The translations under genes and the position numbers were made by a program. A DNA stretch of 40,199 bases from a virus (lineage: Duplodnaviria; Heunggongvirae; Uroviricota; Caudoviricetes), in the IMG/VR virus record IMGVR_UViG_2681813201_000021; one strand, given 5' to 3'. The notes under the pieces were generated by a model, which ran no database searches, was not told the origin of the DNA, and saw only the letters and a program-made list of their open reading frames with translations. Shown piece after piece: positions 16,816 through 26,876 of this stretch (the stretch's first letter is position 1; every line of letters begins with the position of its first letter).

Positions 16816-16876
16816 GGGGCGGGTCAAATCCCTGTGACCTGACGTCTTCCGGACTGCCCGCCCCATCGTTTTTTTA
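16816..16876 (+). other. GC-rich inverted repeat GGGGCGGG...CCCGCCCC with T-run; candidate cos region and/or terminator
   Basis: Arms at 16816-16823 and 16857-16864, then ATCGTTTTTTTAT; located between HNH and terminase small subunit. Confidence 0.4.
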
Positions 16877-16914
16877 TACCCGCGAAAAATGAAATTTAAC
16901 CAGGAGTGCCGCAT

Positions 16915-17409
16915 ATGGCTGGAACGGCGGGGCGTTCCGGGCGTCGCCCCAAGCCAACGGCGCGCAAGGCGCTGGCCGGAAACCCCGGCAAGCGAGCCCT
17001 GAATAAAGATGAACCTGTTTTTACGCCCATCAAAGGTGTTGAGCCACCGGAGTGGTTCGCTGAAGAAGATCTCCCTCTCGCTACGATCATGTGGCAACTG
17101 ACAACTAAAGAACTCTGCGGTCAGGGCCTGCTGTGCGTGACTGACCTCGCGGTGCTTGAGCGGTGGTGCGTGGCCTACGAGTTCTGGCGACGTGCCGTGA
17201 AAAATATTGCCAGACAGGGCAACACCATCACCGGTGCAATGGGCGGTATGGTCAAAAATCCGGAGCTGACCGCCAAAAAAGAACAGGAGTCCGAGATGAG
17301 CAGTACGGGGGCAATGCTCGGACTCGACCCCAGCAGCCGCCAGCGTCTGATTGGCCTGGCGGGGCAGAAGAAAGCCACTAACCCGTTTCTGAAAATCATC
17401 GAATCATGA
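16915..17409 (+). CDS. Terminase small subunit
   Basis: Basic N-terminus; immediately upstream of and overlapping terminase large subunit; RBS CAGGAG 8 nt before ATG 16915. Confidence 0.8.
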   Translation: MAGTAGRSGRRPKPTARKALAGNPGKRALNKDEPVFTPIKGVEPPEWFAEEDLPLATIMWQLTTKELCGQGLLCVTDLAVLERWCVAYEFWRRAVKNIARQGNTITGAMGGMVKNPELTAKKEQESEMSSTGAMLGLDPSSRQRLIGLAGQKKATNPFLKIIES

Positions 17410-19139
17410 GCCGGAAATCTTACCCCAACGTAAATGCTGCCAATCAGTATGCCCGTGATGTCGTGCGCGGAAAGATTGTGGCCTGCCAGTTTGTGATTCA
17501 GGCCTGCCAGCGCCATCTTGATGACCTGATGGCGGAAAAAAGTAAGTCGTTTCGTTACCGCTTCGACAAGGACCTGGCTGAACGGGCCGCGAAATTTATT
17601 CAGCTGTTGCCACACACCAAGGGGGAGTGGGCATTCAAGAGGATGCCCATCACGCTGGAACCGTGGCAGCTCTTTGTGATCTGCTGTGCGTTTGGCTGGG
17701 TCAATAAAGGCTCCCGGCTGCGCCGCTTCAGGGAGGTGTATACCGAAATCCCCCGTAAGAACGGCAAATCGGCAATCTCTGCCGGTGTTGCCCTGTATTG
17801 TTTTGCCTGTGATAACGAGTTTGGCGCGGAAGTGTATTCCGGTGCCACGACAGAGAAACAGGCGTGGGAAGTCTTTCGCCCGGCGCGACTGATGTGTAAA
17901 CGCACACCCATGCTGACGGAAGCGTTCGGGATTGAGGTTAACGCCTCAAACATGAACCGTCCGGAGGATGGCGCGCGGTTTGAACCGCTGATCGGTAACC
18001 CCGGTGATGGTTCATCACCCCACTGTGCCGTGGTGGATGAATATCACGAGCACGCCACCGATGCGCTTTATACCACGATGCTTACCGGGATGGGCGCGCG
18101 ACGTCAGCCACTGATGTGGGCCATCACCACCGCCGGGTACAACATTGAGGGGCCGTGCTACGACAAGCGGCGGGAAGTTATCGAGATGCTCAACGGTTCG
18201 GTACCCAACGATGAACTGTTCGGGATCATCTATACCGTTGACGAAGGCGATGACTGGACCGACCCGCAGGTGCTGGAAAAAGCTAACCCGAATATTGGCG
18301 TGTCGGTTTATCGCGAATTTTTGTTAAGTCAGCAGCAGCGTGCGAAAAATAACGCCCGTCTGGCAAACGTCTTTAAAACAAAACACCTCAATATCTGGGT
18401 GTCGGCGCGTTCGGCGTATTTCAACCTGGTGAGCTGGCAGAGCTGCGAGGATAAATCACTGACCCTTGAGCAGTTCGAGGGGCAACCGTGCATTCTGGCC
18501 TTTGACCTGGCGCGTAAGCTGGATATGAACAGCATGGCGCGACTTTATACCCGCGAGATTGACGGTAAAACGCATTACTACAGTGTGGCTCCGCGCTTCT
18601 GGGTACCGTATGACACGGTGTACAGCGTCGAGAAAAATGAAGATCGCCGGACAGCCGAACGCTTTCAGAAATGGGTGGAAATGGGCGTTCTGACCGTTAC
18701 CGATGGTGCGGAGGTGGATTATCGCTACATCCTCGAGGAGGCCAAAGCGGCGAACAAAATCAGCCCGGTCAGTGAGTCACCCATCGACCCCTTCGGGGCG
18801 ACCGGGTTGTCACATGACCTTGCTGATGAAGACCTGAATCCCGTCACTATCATTCAGAACTACACCAACATGTCCGACCCGATGAAAGAGCTGGAAGCGG
18901 CAATTGAATCGGGGCGCTTTCATCATGATGGCAATCCCATCATGACCTGGTGTATCGGCAATGTGGTCGGCAAAACCATTCCGGGTAACGATGATGTGGT
19001 GAAACCCGTCAAAGAGCAGGCGGAAAACAAAATTGACGGTGCAGTTGCGCTGATTATGGCGGTTGGCAGAGCCATGCTGTACGAGAAAGAAGACACGCTG
19101 TCTGACCACATTGAGTCCTATGGGATCCGCTCGCTTTAA
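17406..19139 (+). CDS. Terminase large subunit
   Basis: 577 aa; N-terminal ATPase region and C-terminal nuclease region, typical length and position. Confidence 0.95.
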   Translation: MSRKSYPNVNAANQYARDVVRGKIVACQFVIQACQRHLDDLMAEKSKSFRYRFDKDLAERAAKFIQLLPHTKGEWAFKRMPITLEPWQLFVICCAFGWVNKGSRLRRFREVYTEIPRKNGKSAISAGVALYCFACDNEFGAEVYSGATTEKQAWEVFRPARLMCKRTPMLTEAFGIEVNASNMNRPEDGARFEPLIGNPGDGSSPHCAVVDEYHEHATDALYTTMLTGMGARRQPLMWAITTAGYNIEGPCYDKRREVIEMLNGSVPNDELFGIIYTVDEGDDWTDPQVLEKANPNIGVSVYREFLLSQQQRAKNNARLANVFKTKHLNIWVSARSAYFNLVSWQSCEDKSLTLEQFEGQPCILAFDLARKLDMNSMARLYTREIDGKTHYYSVAPRFWVPYDTVYSVEKNEDRRTAERFQKWVEMGVLTVTDGAEVDYRYILEEAKAANKISPVSESPIDPFGATGLSHDLADEDLNPVTIIQNYTNMSDPMKELEAAIESGRFHHDGNPIMTWCIGNVVGKTIPGNDDVVKPVKEQAENKIDGAVALIMAVGRAMLYEKEDTLSDHIESYGIRSL

Positions 19140-19150
19140 CTGAGGTAATT

Positions 19151-19333
19151 ATGATCATGCTGATTCTCGCGCCTCTGGTGGGCGTGCTGGGGGCGCTTTT
19201 GCTGGCGTATGGTGCCTGGCTGATTTATCCCCCGGCGGGGTTTGTTGTTGCCGGGGCGTTGTGCCTGTTCTGGTCGTGGCTGGTAGCGCGATATCTCGAC
19301 CGTACACAGCTGTCTGTTGGTGGAGGTAAATAG
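19151..19333 (+). CDS. Small membrane protein, hypothetical
   Basis: 60 aa, two hydrophobic helices; between terminase and portal. Confidence 0.4.
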   Translation: MIMLILAPLVGVLGALLLAYGAWLIYPPAGFVVAGALCLFWSWLVARYLDRTQLSVGGGK

Positions 19334-20574
19334 TGTTCTTTTCGGGATTATTTCAACGAAAAAGTGACGCACCGGTGACCACGCCAGCAGAGCTGGCGGA
19401 TGCCATCGGGTTGTCCTACGACACCTATACCGGAAAGCAGATCAGCAGTCAGCGGGCCATGCGACTGACGGCGGTTTTTTCCTGCGTCAGAGTGCTGGCA
19501 GAGTCGGTCGGGATGTTGCCCTGCAATCTGTATCACCTGAACGGCAGCCTGAAGCAGAGAGCCACCGGCGAACGTCTGCATAAACTGATCTCCACGCATC
19601 CCAATGGCTATATGACGCCGCAGGAGTTCTGGGAGCTGGTGGTCACCTGTCTGTGCCTGCGGGGAAACTTTTACGCCTACAAAGTGAAAGCATTTGGCGA
19701 AGTGGCTGAACTGCTGCCCGTCGATCCCGGCTGTGTGGAACCGAAGCTTAACAGTAGCTGGGAGCCGATCTATCAGGTCACATTCCCGGATGGCTCCACG
19801 GATGTACTGAGCCAGGAGGATATCTGGCATGTGCGCACGCTGACGCTGGACGGACTGGTGGGGCTGAATCCCATCGCCTATGCCCGCGAGGCAATATCGC
19901 TGGCAGCTGCGACCGAAGAGCACGGGGCCAGACTGTTCAGCAATGGCGCGGTGACGTCGGGTGTGTTGCGTACAGAGCAGACGCTGTCAGATCAGGCTTA
20001 TGAGCGCCTGAAGAAAGATTTTGAGGAGCGTCACACCGGGCTTGGCAATGCTCACCGCCCGATGATCCTTGAGATGGGGCTGGACTGGAAGTCGATGGCG
20101 CTGAACGCCGAGGACAGCCAGTTCCTGGAAACCCGCAAGTTTCAGCTTGAAGAAATCTGTCGTCTGTTCCGGGTGCCGTTGCACATGGTGCAGAACACCG
20201 ATCGCGCCACCTTCAACAATATCGAAGAGCTGGGGCTGGGATTTATCAACTATTCACTGGTGCCGTATCTGACCCGCATCGAACAGCGGATCAACACCGG
20301 ACTGGTACGAAAAAGTAAGCAGGGCGTTTATTACGCCAAATTTAACGCCGGGGCGTTACTGCGCGGGGATATGAAGTCCCGTTTTGAAGCCTACGCCACC
20401 GGGATCAACTGGGGAATTTACTCTCCCAATGACTGCCGCGACCTGGAAGATATGAATCCGCGTCCCGGTGGTGATGTCTATCTCACACCGATGAACATGA
20501 CCACGAAACCCTCCGATGGCAGTAAAGCCGGTAAGCAGAAGGATAACGCCAATGCAGACGAAACAACGTCTTGA
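19333..20574 (+). CDS. Portal protein (HK97 family)
   Basis: 413 aa; GTG start with GGAGG RBS; position after terminase. Confidence 0.9.
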   Translation: MFFSGLFQRKSDAPVTTPAELADAIGLSYDTYTGKQISSQRAMRLTAVFSCVRVLAESVGMLPCNLYHLNGSLKQRATGERLHKLISTHPNGYMTPQEFWELVVTCLCLRGNFYAYKVKAFGEVAELLPVDPGCVEPKLNSSWEPIYQVTFPDGSTDVLSQEDIWHVRTLTLDGLVGLNPIAYAREAISLAAATEEHGARLFSNGAVTSGVLRTEQTLSDQAYERLKKDFEERHTGLGNAHRPMILEMGLDWKSMALNAEDSQFLETRKFQLEEICRLFRVPLHMVQNTDRATFNNIEELGLGFINYSLVPYLTRIEQRINTGLVRKSKQGVYYAKFNAGALLRGDMKSRFEAYATGINWGIYSPNDCRDLEDMNPRPGGDVYLTPMNMTTKPSDGSKAGKQKDNANADETTS

Positions 20575-21202
20575 TGTACCGCTGAGTCTGAAATCTGTCA
20601 GTGACTCCGGTGAGTTTGAAGGGTATGGCTCCGTCTTTGGTGTAAAGGACAGCCACGATGATGTGGTGATGTCCGGGGCATTTGCTGCTTCCCTGCGGGC
20701 GTGGAGTGACAGAAAAGCGTTACCTGCGCTGCTCTGGCAGCACCGCATGGATGAACCCATCGGTGTTTACACCGAAATGAAGGAAGACGATGTCGGGCTT
20801 TACGTCAGGGGACGGTTGCTTATTGATGATGATCCCCTCGCAAAACGCGCACATGCACACATGAAGGCCGGTTCGTTAACCGGCCTTTCTATTGGGTACG
20901 TCCTGAAAGACTGGGAATACGACCGGAGCAAAGAAGCCTTTCTGCTGAAAGAAATCGACCTCTGGGAAGTCAGCCTGGTGACGTTCCCGTCTAACGACGA
21001 GGCGCGGATCAGCGACGTCAAGAACGCACTGGCCCGCGGGGAAATCCCCGAACAGAAAAAAATCGAAAGAGTCCTGCGTGATGTCGGACTCTCCCGTACC
21101 CAGGCCAAAGCATTCATGGCCGGGGGCTATGGCGCACTGTCCCTGCGCGACGCTGAGGATGTGGGCTCTGCACTGAATGCACTGAAAAATCTGAACTTCT
21201 AA
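20552..21202 (+). CDS. Prohead protease (HK97 family)
   Basis: ATG 20552 with RBS AGAAGGA; position between portal and major capsid. Confidence 0.8.
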   Translation: MQTKQRLDVPLSLKSVSDSGEFEGYGSVFGVKDSHDDVVMSGAFAASLRAWSDRKALPALLWQHRMDEPIGVYTEMKEDDVGLYVRGRLLIDDDPLAKRAHAHMKAGSLTGLSIGYVLKDWEYDRSKEAFLLKEIDLWEVSLVTFPSNDEARISDVKNALARGEIPEQKKIERVLRDVGLSRTQAKAFMAGGYGALSLRDAEDVGSALNALKNLNF

Positions 21203-21216
21203 TCAGGAGAAATACG

Positions 21217-22422
21217 ATGGCGGTTGATATTAAAGATGTCGAACAGGTCGCGCAGGAGCTGCAGCAGAAGTTTGACGACTTCAAAGCAAAGAACGACAAG
21301 CGCGTGGATGCGATTGAGCAGGAAAAAGGCAAGCTTGCCGGGCAGGTGGAAACCCTGAACGGGAAACTCAGCGAGCTGGAAAATCTCAAAAGCGACCTTG
21401 AAAAAGAGCTGCTTGAGCTGAAACGTCCGGCTGGTGGAGCGCAAAATAAACTGGCCACCGAGCATAAAGAGGCGTTTGTGGGCTTCCTGCGTAAAGGCCG
21501 TGAAGACGGTCTGCGCGATCTGGAGCGTAAGGCATTGCAGGTGGGTACCGATGAAGACGGTGGCTACGCCGTGCCGGAAGAACTGGATCGCAACATTCTT
21601 AACCTGCTGAAAGATGAAGTGGTGATGCGTCAGGAAGCCACGGTGATCACCGTTGGCGGTTCCGACTACAAAAAACTGGTGAATCTGGGCGGTACGGCTT
21701 CCGGATGGGTGGGGGAAACGGATACGCGATCCCAGACTGCCACCTCCAGACTGGAGCTGATTGAACCTCTCATGGGGGAAATTTACGGCAACCCGCAGGC
21801 TACCCAGAAAATGCTGGACGATGCCTTCTTCAACGTGGAGGCCTGGATCAACAGCGAGCTGGCAACCGAATTTGCCGAACAGGAAGAAATTGCCTTTACC
21901 TCAGGCGATGGCACCAAGAAGCCGAAAGGGTTCCTGGCGTATGAATCCACTGATGAAACCGACAAGGTCCGGGCGTTCGGCAAACTTCAGCATATTGTAT
22001 CCGGCGAAGCGACCGCGGTGACCGCAGACGCCATTATCAAACTGATTTACACGCTGCGTAAGGCACACCGCACTGGCGCGAAGTTCATGATGAACAACAA
22101 CAGCCTGTTTGCCATCCGTCTGCTGAAAGACACCGAGGGTAACTATCTGTGGCGTCCGGGGCTGGAACTGGGGCAGCCGTCCTCTCTGGCGGGTTACGGT
22201 ATCGCTGAAAACGAACAGATGCCGGATATCGCCGCTGATGCGAAAGCCATTGCATTTGGTAACTTCAAACGGGGTTACACCATCGTTGACCGTATCGGCA
22301 CCCGCATTCTGCGTGACCCGTACACCAATAAACCGTTTGTCGGTTTTTATACCACCAAGCGCACCGGCGGGATGCTGGTCGATTCGCAGGCCATCAAACT
22401 GCTGAAGATTGCAGCGGCGTAA
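21217..22422 (+). CDS. Major capsid protein (HK97 fold, with N-terminal delta/scaffold domain)
   Basis: 401 aa; coiled-coil-like N-terminal about 100 aa then capsid domain; RBS AGGAGA; followed by hairpin 22430-22449. Confidence 0.9.
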   Translation: MAVDIKDVEQVAQELQQKFDDFKAKNDKRVDAIEQEKGKLAGQVETLNGKLSELENLKSDLEKELLELKRPAGGAQNKLATEHKEAFVGFLRKGREDGLRDLERKALQVGTDEDGGYAVPEELDRNILNLLKDEVVMRQEATVITVGGSDYKKLVNLGGTASGWVGETDTRSQTATSRLELIEPLMGEIYGNPQATQKMLDDAFFNVEAWINSELATEFAEQEEIAFTSGDGTKKPKGFLAYESTDETDKVRAFGKLQHIVSGEATAVTADAIIKLIYTLRKAHRTGAKFMMNNNSLFAIRLLKDTEGNYLWRPGLELGQPSSLAGYGIAENEQMPDIAADAKAIAFGNFKRGYTIVDRIGTRILRDPYTNKPFVGFYTTKRTGGMLVDSQAIKLLKIAAA

Positions 22423-22429
22423 TCACTCA

Positions 22430-22449
22430 GGGGCGCGGAACCGCGCCCC
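22430..22449 (+). terminator. Hairpin after major capsid gene (attenuator/terminator)
   Basis: GGGGCGCGG aa CCGCGCCCC then CTGTTCTG; weak U-tract. Confidence 0.45.
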
Positions 22450-22471
22450 CTGTTCTGACGGGTGAAGAATC

Positions 22472-22672
22472 ATGATCCTGAAACAAGATCTGAAATGGTC
22501 ACCGGACGGTATGCGTGTTGAGGTCATTCGGGCCGGTGAGTATGACGACGGGGCGCTTCCTGCCCGGGTGCAGGAGATTGCACTTCAGGCCGGGTTAGCA
22601 GAGCGCGGAATCAGTGCAAAAAGCAGTAAAGCGGCAAAAGAGAAAAAAGCCACGACCAGTAAAGAGGGCTGA
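22472..22672 (+). CDS. Hypothetical small protein
   Basis: 66 aa ORF between capsid and connector genes. Confidence 0.35.
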   Translation: MILKQDLKWSPDGMRVEVIRAGEYDDGALPARVQEIALQAGLAERGISAKSSKAAKEKKATTSKEG

Positions 22673-22674
22673 GT

Positions 22675-22998
22675 ATGCTTCTGACAATGGAAGAGATTAA
22701 AGCCCAACTCCGGCTGGATGAGGATTTCGATACTGATGACCGCCATCTGCAACTGCTGGCATGTGCGGCACAAAAGCGGACGGAAACGTATCTGAACCGG
22801 AAGCTCTATGCACCGGATGAAACCATTCCGGACAGCGATCCGGACGGGCTGCACCTGCCGGATGATATTCGTCTGGGGATGCTGATGCTTATCAGCCATT
22901 TTTACGAAAATCGCTCGTCGGTTACAGACGTTGAGAAAATGGAGTTGCCAATGAGCTTTAACTGGCTTGTCGGCCCGTACAGGTATTTCCCGCAATGA
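22675..22998 (+). CDS. Head-tail connector (gp6-like)
   Basis: 107 aa; position and size typical. Confidence 0.7.
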   Translation: MLLTMEEIKAQLRLDEDFDTDDRHLQLLACAAQKRTETYLNRKLYAPDETIPDSDPDGLHLPDDIRLGMLMLISHFYENRSSVTDVEKMELPMSFNWLVGPYRYFPQ

Positions 22999-23405
22999 AA
23001 ATTCGTCAGGCGCAGACCAGCGCAACCTACATTCTGCCGGACCCCGGTGAACTGAATAAACGCGTCCTGATCCGCCAGCGGGTGGATATGCCCGCGGATA
23101 ACTTTGGCGTGGAGCCTCAATACCCGGTTACGTTCCGGACATGGGCGAAGGTTATCCAGACCAGTGCCACCACCTGGCAGGAAACCGCGCAGACCGGGGA
23201 CGCCATCACCCATTACATCACCATTCGTTACCGCCGGGGGATCACCGCTGATTATGAGGTGGTCTGCGGTGACAGTGTGTACCGGGTGAAACGTCAGCGC
23301 GATCTGAACGGGGCGCGGCGCTTTCTGCTGCTGGAGTGTACGGAGCTGGGCGAATGTAGGCAGAGTCACGGAGGCAACAATGACGACTTCCTTTTTGCAC
23401 GTTGA
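22995..23405 (+). CDS. Head closure / head-tail adaptor protein
   Basis: Overlapping start with upstream gene; position. Confidence 0.55.
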   Translation: MKIRQAQTSATYILPDPGELNKRVLIRQRVDMPADNFGVEPQYPVTFRTWAKVIQTSATTWQETAQTGDAITHYITIRYRRGITADYEVVCGDSVYRVKRQRDLNGARRFLLLECTELGECRQSHGGNNDDFLFAR

Positions 23406-23886
23406 TTTTCAGCAGCCCGCGGAGATGCGCTTTAACCGCGCCCGTGTCCGGCGGGCGTTTGTCACGATTGGTCAGCGTCATATGCGTGATGCCCGTCGGC
23501 TGGTGATGCGCCGTGCGCGGTCGGCACCGGGTGAAAACCCCGGTTATCAGACCGGACGCCTGGCTCGTTCAATTGGTTACATGGTACCCAGAGCCAGTAA
23601 ACATCGCCCTGGTTTTATGGCACGTATAGCCCCTAACCAGCGTAATGGAGAGGGAAACCGCCGTATCACCGGTGATTTTTATCCGGCTTTTTTGTTCTAT
23701 GGCGTGAGGCGAGGGGCAAAGCGTCGTCGCGGCCATCATCGTGGTGCATCCGGTGGCAGCGGCTGGCGACTGGCTCCACGTAATAACTTCATGGTGGAAA
23801 CTCTTGAAAAGAACCGCAGCTGGACACGCTATTTTCTGGCGCGGGAATTGCGTAAATCACTGAAGCCGGAGCGACGACACAGATGA
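23380..23886 (+). CDS. Tail-component protein (HK97 gp10-like)
   Basis: RBS GGAGG before ATG 23380; position in head-tail joining module. Confidence 0.55.
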   Translation: MTTSFLHVDFQQPAEMRFNRARVRRAFVTIGQRHMRDARRLVMRRARSAPGENPGYQTGRLARSIGYMVPRASKHRPGFMARIAPNQRNGEGNRRITGDFYPAFLFYGVRRGAKRRRGHHRGASGGSGWRLAPRNNFMVETLEKNRSWTRYFLARELRKSLKPERRHR

Positions 23887-24443
23887 AACTGACGCCCGTT
23901 ATTGCTGCACTGCGTGCCCGCTGTCCGTATTTTGAAAACCGGGTGGCAGGCGCGGCACAGTTCAAAAATCTGCCGGAGGTCGGAAAGCTGAGACTCCCGG
24001 CGGCGTATGTGGTACCGGGTGATGATTCTCCGGGAGAAAACAAAAGCCAGACCGACTACTGGCAGGAGCTGAAAGAGGGTTTCTCCGTGGTTGTCATACT
24101 GAGTAACGGGCGTGATGAGCGCGGTCAGTTTGCCTCGTATGATGTGGTGGACGATGTCCGGCAGATGCTCTTTAAGGCTCTGCTGGGCTGGAACCCGGAG
24201 GCGTGCGGTAACCCGATTACCTATGACGGCGGCACGCTGCTGGATCTGAATCGTCATGAGCTGATTTATCAGTTCGATTTTTCGGTCATCAGCGAGCTGA
24301 CCGAAGACGATACCCGCCAGCAGGATGACCTGAACAGTCTGGATGAACTGCGAACGCTGGCGATTGATGTTGATTATCTCGATCCCGGTAACGGGCCTGA
24401 CGGCGATATCGAACATCACACCGAAATAACCCTTCCTACCTGA
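23883..24443 (+). CDS. Tail protein (possible tail terminator/completion)
   Basis: 186 aa, position before sheath. Confidence 0.5.
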   Translation: MKLTPVIAALRARCPYFENRVAGAAQFKNLPEVGKLRLPAAYVVPGDDSPGENKSQTDYWQELKEGFSVVVILSNGRDERGQFASYDVVDDVRQMLFKALLGWNPEACGNPITYDGGTLLDLNRHELIYQFDFSVISELTEDDTRQQDDLNSLDELRTLAIDVDYLDPGNGPDGDIEHHTEITLPT

Positions 24444-24451
24444 GAATCTTC

Positions 24452-24622
24452 ATGTTTGTGAAACCTGTTAAAGGGCGGTCAGTTCCTGACCCTGCCCGCG
24501 GCGACCTTTTGCCCGCCGAAGGGCGAAATGTTGACGAGAACAACTACTGGCTGCGCCGTGAAGCAGCGGGTGATATCCGGCGCGTGAATAAAAAGGTGAA
24601 TACCGATGACGATAAGCTTTAA
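24452..24622 (+). CDS. Small protein upstream of sheath (56 aa; below the ORF-track length cutoff)
   Basis: Translated by eye: MFVKPVKGRSVPDPARGDLLPAEGRNVDENNYWLRREAAGDIRRVNKKVNTDDDKL; overlaps sheath start. Confidence 0.4.
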   Translation: MFVKPVKGRSVPDPARGDLLPAEGRNVDENNYWLRREAAGDIRRVNKKVNTDDDKL

Positions 24623-26102
24623 CACCATTCCGTCGAATACGCTGGTTCCGTTGTTTTATGCGGAAATGGATAACCAGGCGGCGAATACTGCACAGGACAG
24701 CGGAGCATCGCTGCTGATTGGTCATGCCAATAACGGTGCAGAGATTGTTGCCAACAGTCTGGTACTGATGCCGTCGGCAGACTATGCACGCCAGATTTGT
24801 GGTGCGGGAAGTCAGCTGGCGCGTATGGTCGAGGCTTATCGCCAGACTGACCCGTTTGGCGAGCTGTATGTGATTGCCGTTCCTGAATCCACAGGCGCGG
24901 CGGCAACAGTTACGCTGACGGTGACCGGGGCAGCAACCGAAACCGGCACGGTGAATGTTTATGTGGGACGTACCCGCGTGCAGGCACCGGTGACCAACGG
25001 CGATAACGTCGCGACGATTGCCAGCAGTATCAAAGATGCCATCAATGCCGTTCCGGCCCTGCCGTTTACGGCCTCATCTTCGGCTGGTGTGGTTACATTG
25101 ACCGCTCGCCATAAGGGGCTTTGCGGGAATGAAATTCCTGTCAGCCTCAATTACTACGGCTTCGGTGGGGGCGAAGTGCTGCCAGCGGGCGTACAGATTG
25201 CCGTGGCGACGGGGACCGCCGGAACGGGCGCTCCGGTTCTCACCGGCGCGGTGGCTGCAATGGCGGATGAGCCGTTTGATTATATCGGCCTGCCGTTCAA
25301 CGACACGGCCTCCGTTAACACGCTGGTGACCGAGATGAACGATACCAGCGGTCGCTGGAGCTATGCGCGTCAGCTGTATGGTCATGTGTATACGGCAAAG
25401 ACCGGTACGCTGTCAGAACTGGTGACCGCAGGTGACCAGTTTAACCAGCAGCACATTACCCTGGCGGGGTACGAAAAAGAGACCCAGACGCCTGCCGACG
25501 AACTGGCGGCAAGCCGTACCGCCCGCGCAGCGGTGTTTATCCGCAACGATCCGGCTCGTCCCACGCAGACCGGTGAGCTGGTGGGTATGCTGCCTGCGCC
25601 GAAGGGGAAACGGTTCACGATGACCGAACAACAGACCCTGCTGTCTCATGGCGTGGCAACGGCGTATGTCGAAAGCGGGGTACTGCGCATTCAGCGTGAT
25701 GTCACCACGTACAGGAAAAACGCTTACGGGGTTGCGGATAACAGCTACCTCGACAGTGAGACACTGCATACCAGCGCGTATGTACTGCGCAAACTGAAAT
25801 CCGTCATTACCAGTAAGTACGGGCGTCACAAGCTTGCCAGTGACGGTACCCGCTTTGGTCCCGGTCAGGCGATTGTCACCCCGGCGGTGATCAAAGGGGA
25901 ACTGCTGGCAACCTACCGTCAGCTTGAGCGTGCGGGGATCGTGGAAAACTACGAACTGTTTAAGCAGTACCTGGTTGTGGAGCGTGATGCCAGCGATCCG
26001 AACCGCCTGAACACGCTGTTCCCGCCTGACTATGTTAACCAGTTGCGTGTCTTTGCCGTGGTTAACCAGTTCCGTCTTCAGTATTCAGAGGAGTCTGCAT
26101 AA
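24606..26102 (+). CDS. Contractile tail sheath protein (Mu L-like)
   Basis: 498 aa; position before tube; RBS AAGGTG. Confidence 0.9.
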   Translation: MTISFNTIPSNTLVPLFYAEMDNQAANTAQDSGASLLIGHANNGAEIVANSLVLMPSADYARQICGAGSQLARMVEAYRQTDPFGELYVIAVPESTGAAATVTLTVTGAATETGTVNVYVGRTRVQAPVTNGDNVATIASSIKDAINAVPALPFTASSSAGVVTLTARHKGLCGNEIPVSLNYYGFGGGEVLPAGVQIAVATGTAGTGAPVLTGAVAAMADEPFDYIGLPFNDTASVNTLVTEMNDTSGRWSYARQLYGHVYTAKTGTLSELVTAGDQFNQQHITLAGYEKETQTPADELAASRTARAAVFIRNDPARPTQTGELVGMLPAPKGKRFTMTEQQTLLSHGVATAYVESGVLRIQRDVTTYRKNAYGVADNSYLDSETLHTSAYVLRKLKSVITSKYGRHKLASDGTRFGPGQAIVTPAVIKGELLATYRQLERAGIVENYELFKQYLVVERDASDPNRLNTLFPPDYVNQLRVFAVVNQFRLQYSEESA

Positions 26103-26458
26103 TGGCCCGTATCGGGGGAACCTGTTATTTCAAAATTGACGGTCAGCAGCTATCGCTGACCGGCGGCATTGAGGTGCCCATGAACAGGACGGTCAATGAT
26201 GACATCATCGGCCTGGACGGTTCAGTGGACCGCAAGGAAACTCACCGTGCGCCTTATGTCAAAGGGATCTTCAAGGTGCCGAAGAATTTTCCGGTGAGCA
26301 AAATCACCTCGTCTGATGAGATGACCATCACTGCCGAGCTGGCAAACGGTCAGGTCTATGTACTGTCGTCTGCCTGGCTGCACGGCGAAGCGAACCATAA
26401 TGCCGAAGAAGGCACGGTCGATCTTGAGTTCCACGGTGAAGAAGGGGATTACCAGTAA
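26102..26458 (+). CDS. Tail tube protein
   Basis: 118 aa directly after sheath; RBS GAGGAG. Confidence 0.85.
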   Translation: MARIGGTCYFKIDGQQLSLTGGIEVPMNRTVNDDIIGLDGSVDRKETHRAPYVKGIFKVPKNFPVSKITSSDEMTITAELANGQVYVLSSAWLHGEANHNAEEGTVDLEFHGEEGDYQ

Positions 26459-26727
26459 TGAAAGAGCTTGAGTTAAAGAAACCGATTACCGCTCATGGCG
26501 AGACACTCTCCGTACTGGAGTTTGATGAGCCCACCGGGAAAGATGTCCGCGAGCTGGGATATCCCTACCAGATGAATCAGGATGAGTCCGTCAGACTTCT
26601 GGCGCATGTGGTATCGAAATACATCGTGCGGCTGGCGAAAGTGCCGCAAAGCTCTGTCGACCAGATGTCTCCGGCAGACCTGAATGCAGCGGCGTGGCTT
26701 GTGGCCGGTTTTTTCCTCCAGGCCTGA
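26458..26727 (+). CDS. Tail assembly chaperone (short form)
   Basis: 89 aa between tube and tape measure. Confidence 0.7.
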   Translation: MKELELKKPITAHGETLSVLEFDEPTGKDVRELGYPYQMNQDESVRLLAHVVSKYIVRLAKVPQSSVDQMSPADLNAAAWLVAGFFLQA

Positions 26728-26876
26728 CGGCTGAATACCTCACTGATCGCTTCTTTGACTGCGCCAGTTACTGGCGCATTAATCCCTTCGAATTGCTGAA
26801 TATGCCGATCAGTGAAATTCCCTTGCTGGTCAGTCAGGCAAACAGGATAGAGCAGGAGAAACGCACACATGGCTGA
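26458..26876 (+). CDS. Tail assembly chaperone, long form by -1 programmed frameshift
   Basis: Slippery heptamer T_TTT_TTC at 26709-26715 in the zero frame; the -1 frame stays open to 26876, overlapping the tape-measure start. Confidence 0.55.
26709..26715 (+). promoter_or_regulatory. Slippery site T TTT TTC for -1 ribosomal frameshift
   Basis: X_XXY_YYZ heptamer read directly in frame. Confidence 0.6.

Noticed and set aside
19348-19923. 191-aa minus-strand ORF inside the portal gene
   Set aside because: Antisense to a well-supported gene in GC-rich DNA; no RBS; Arg/Gln/Cys-rich composition
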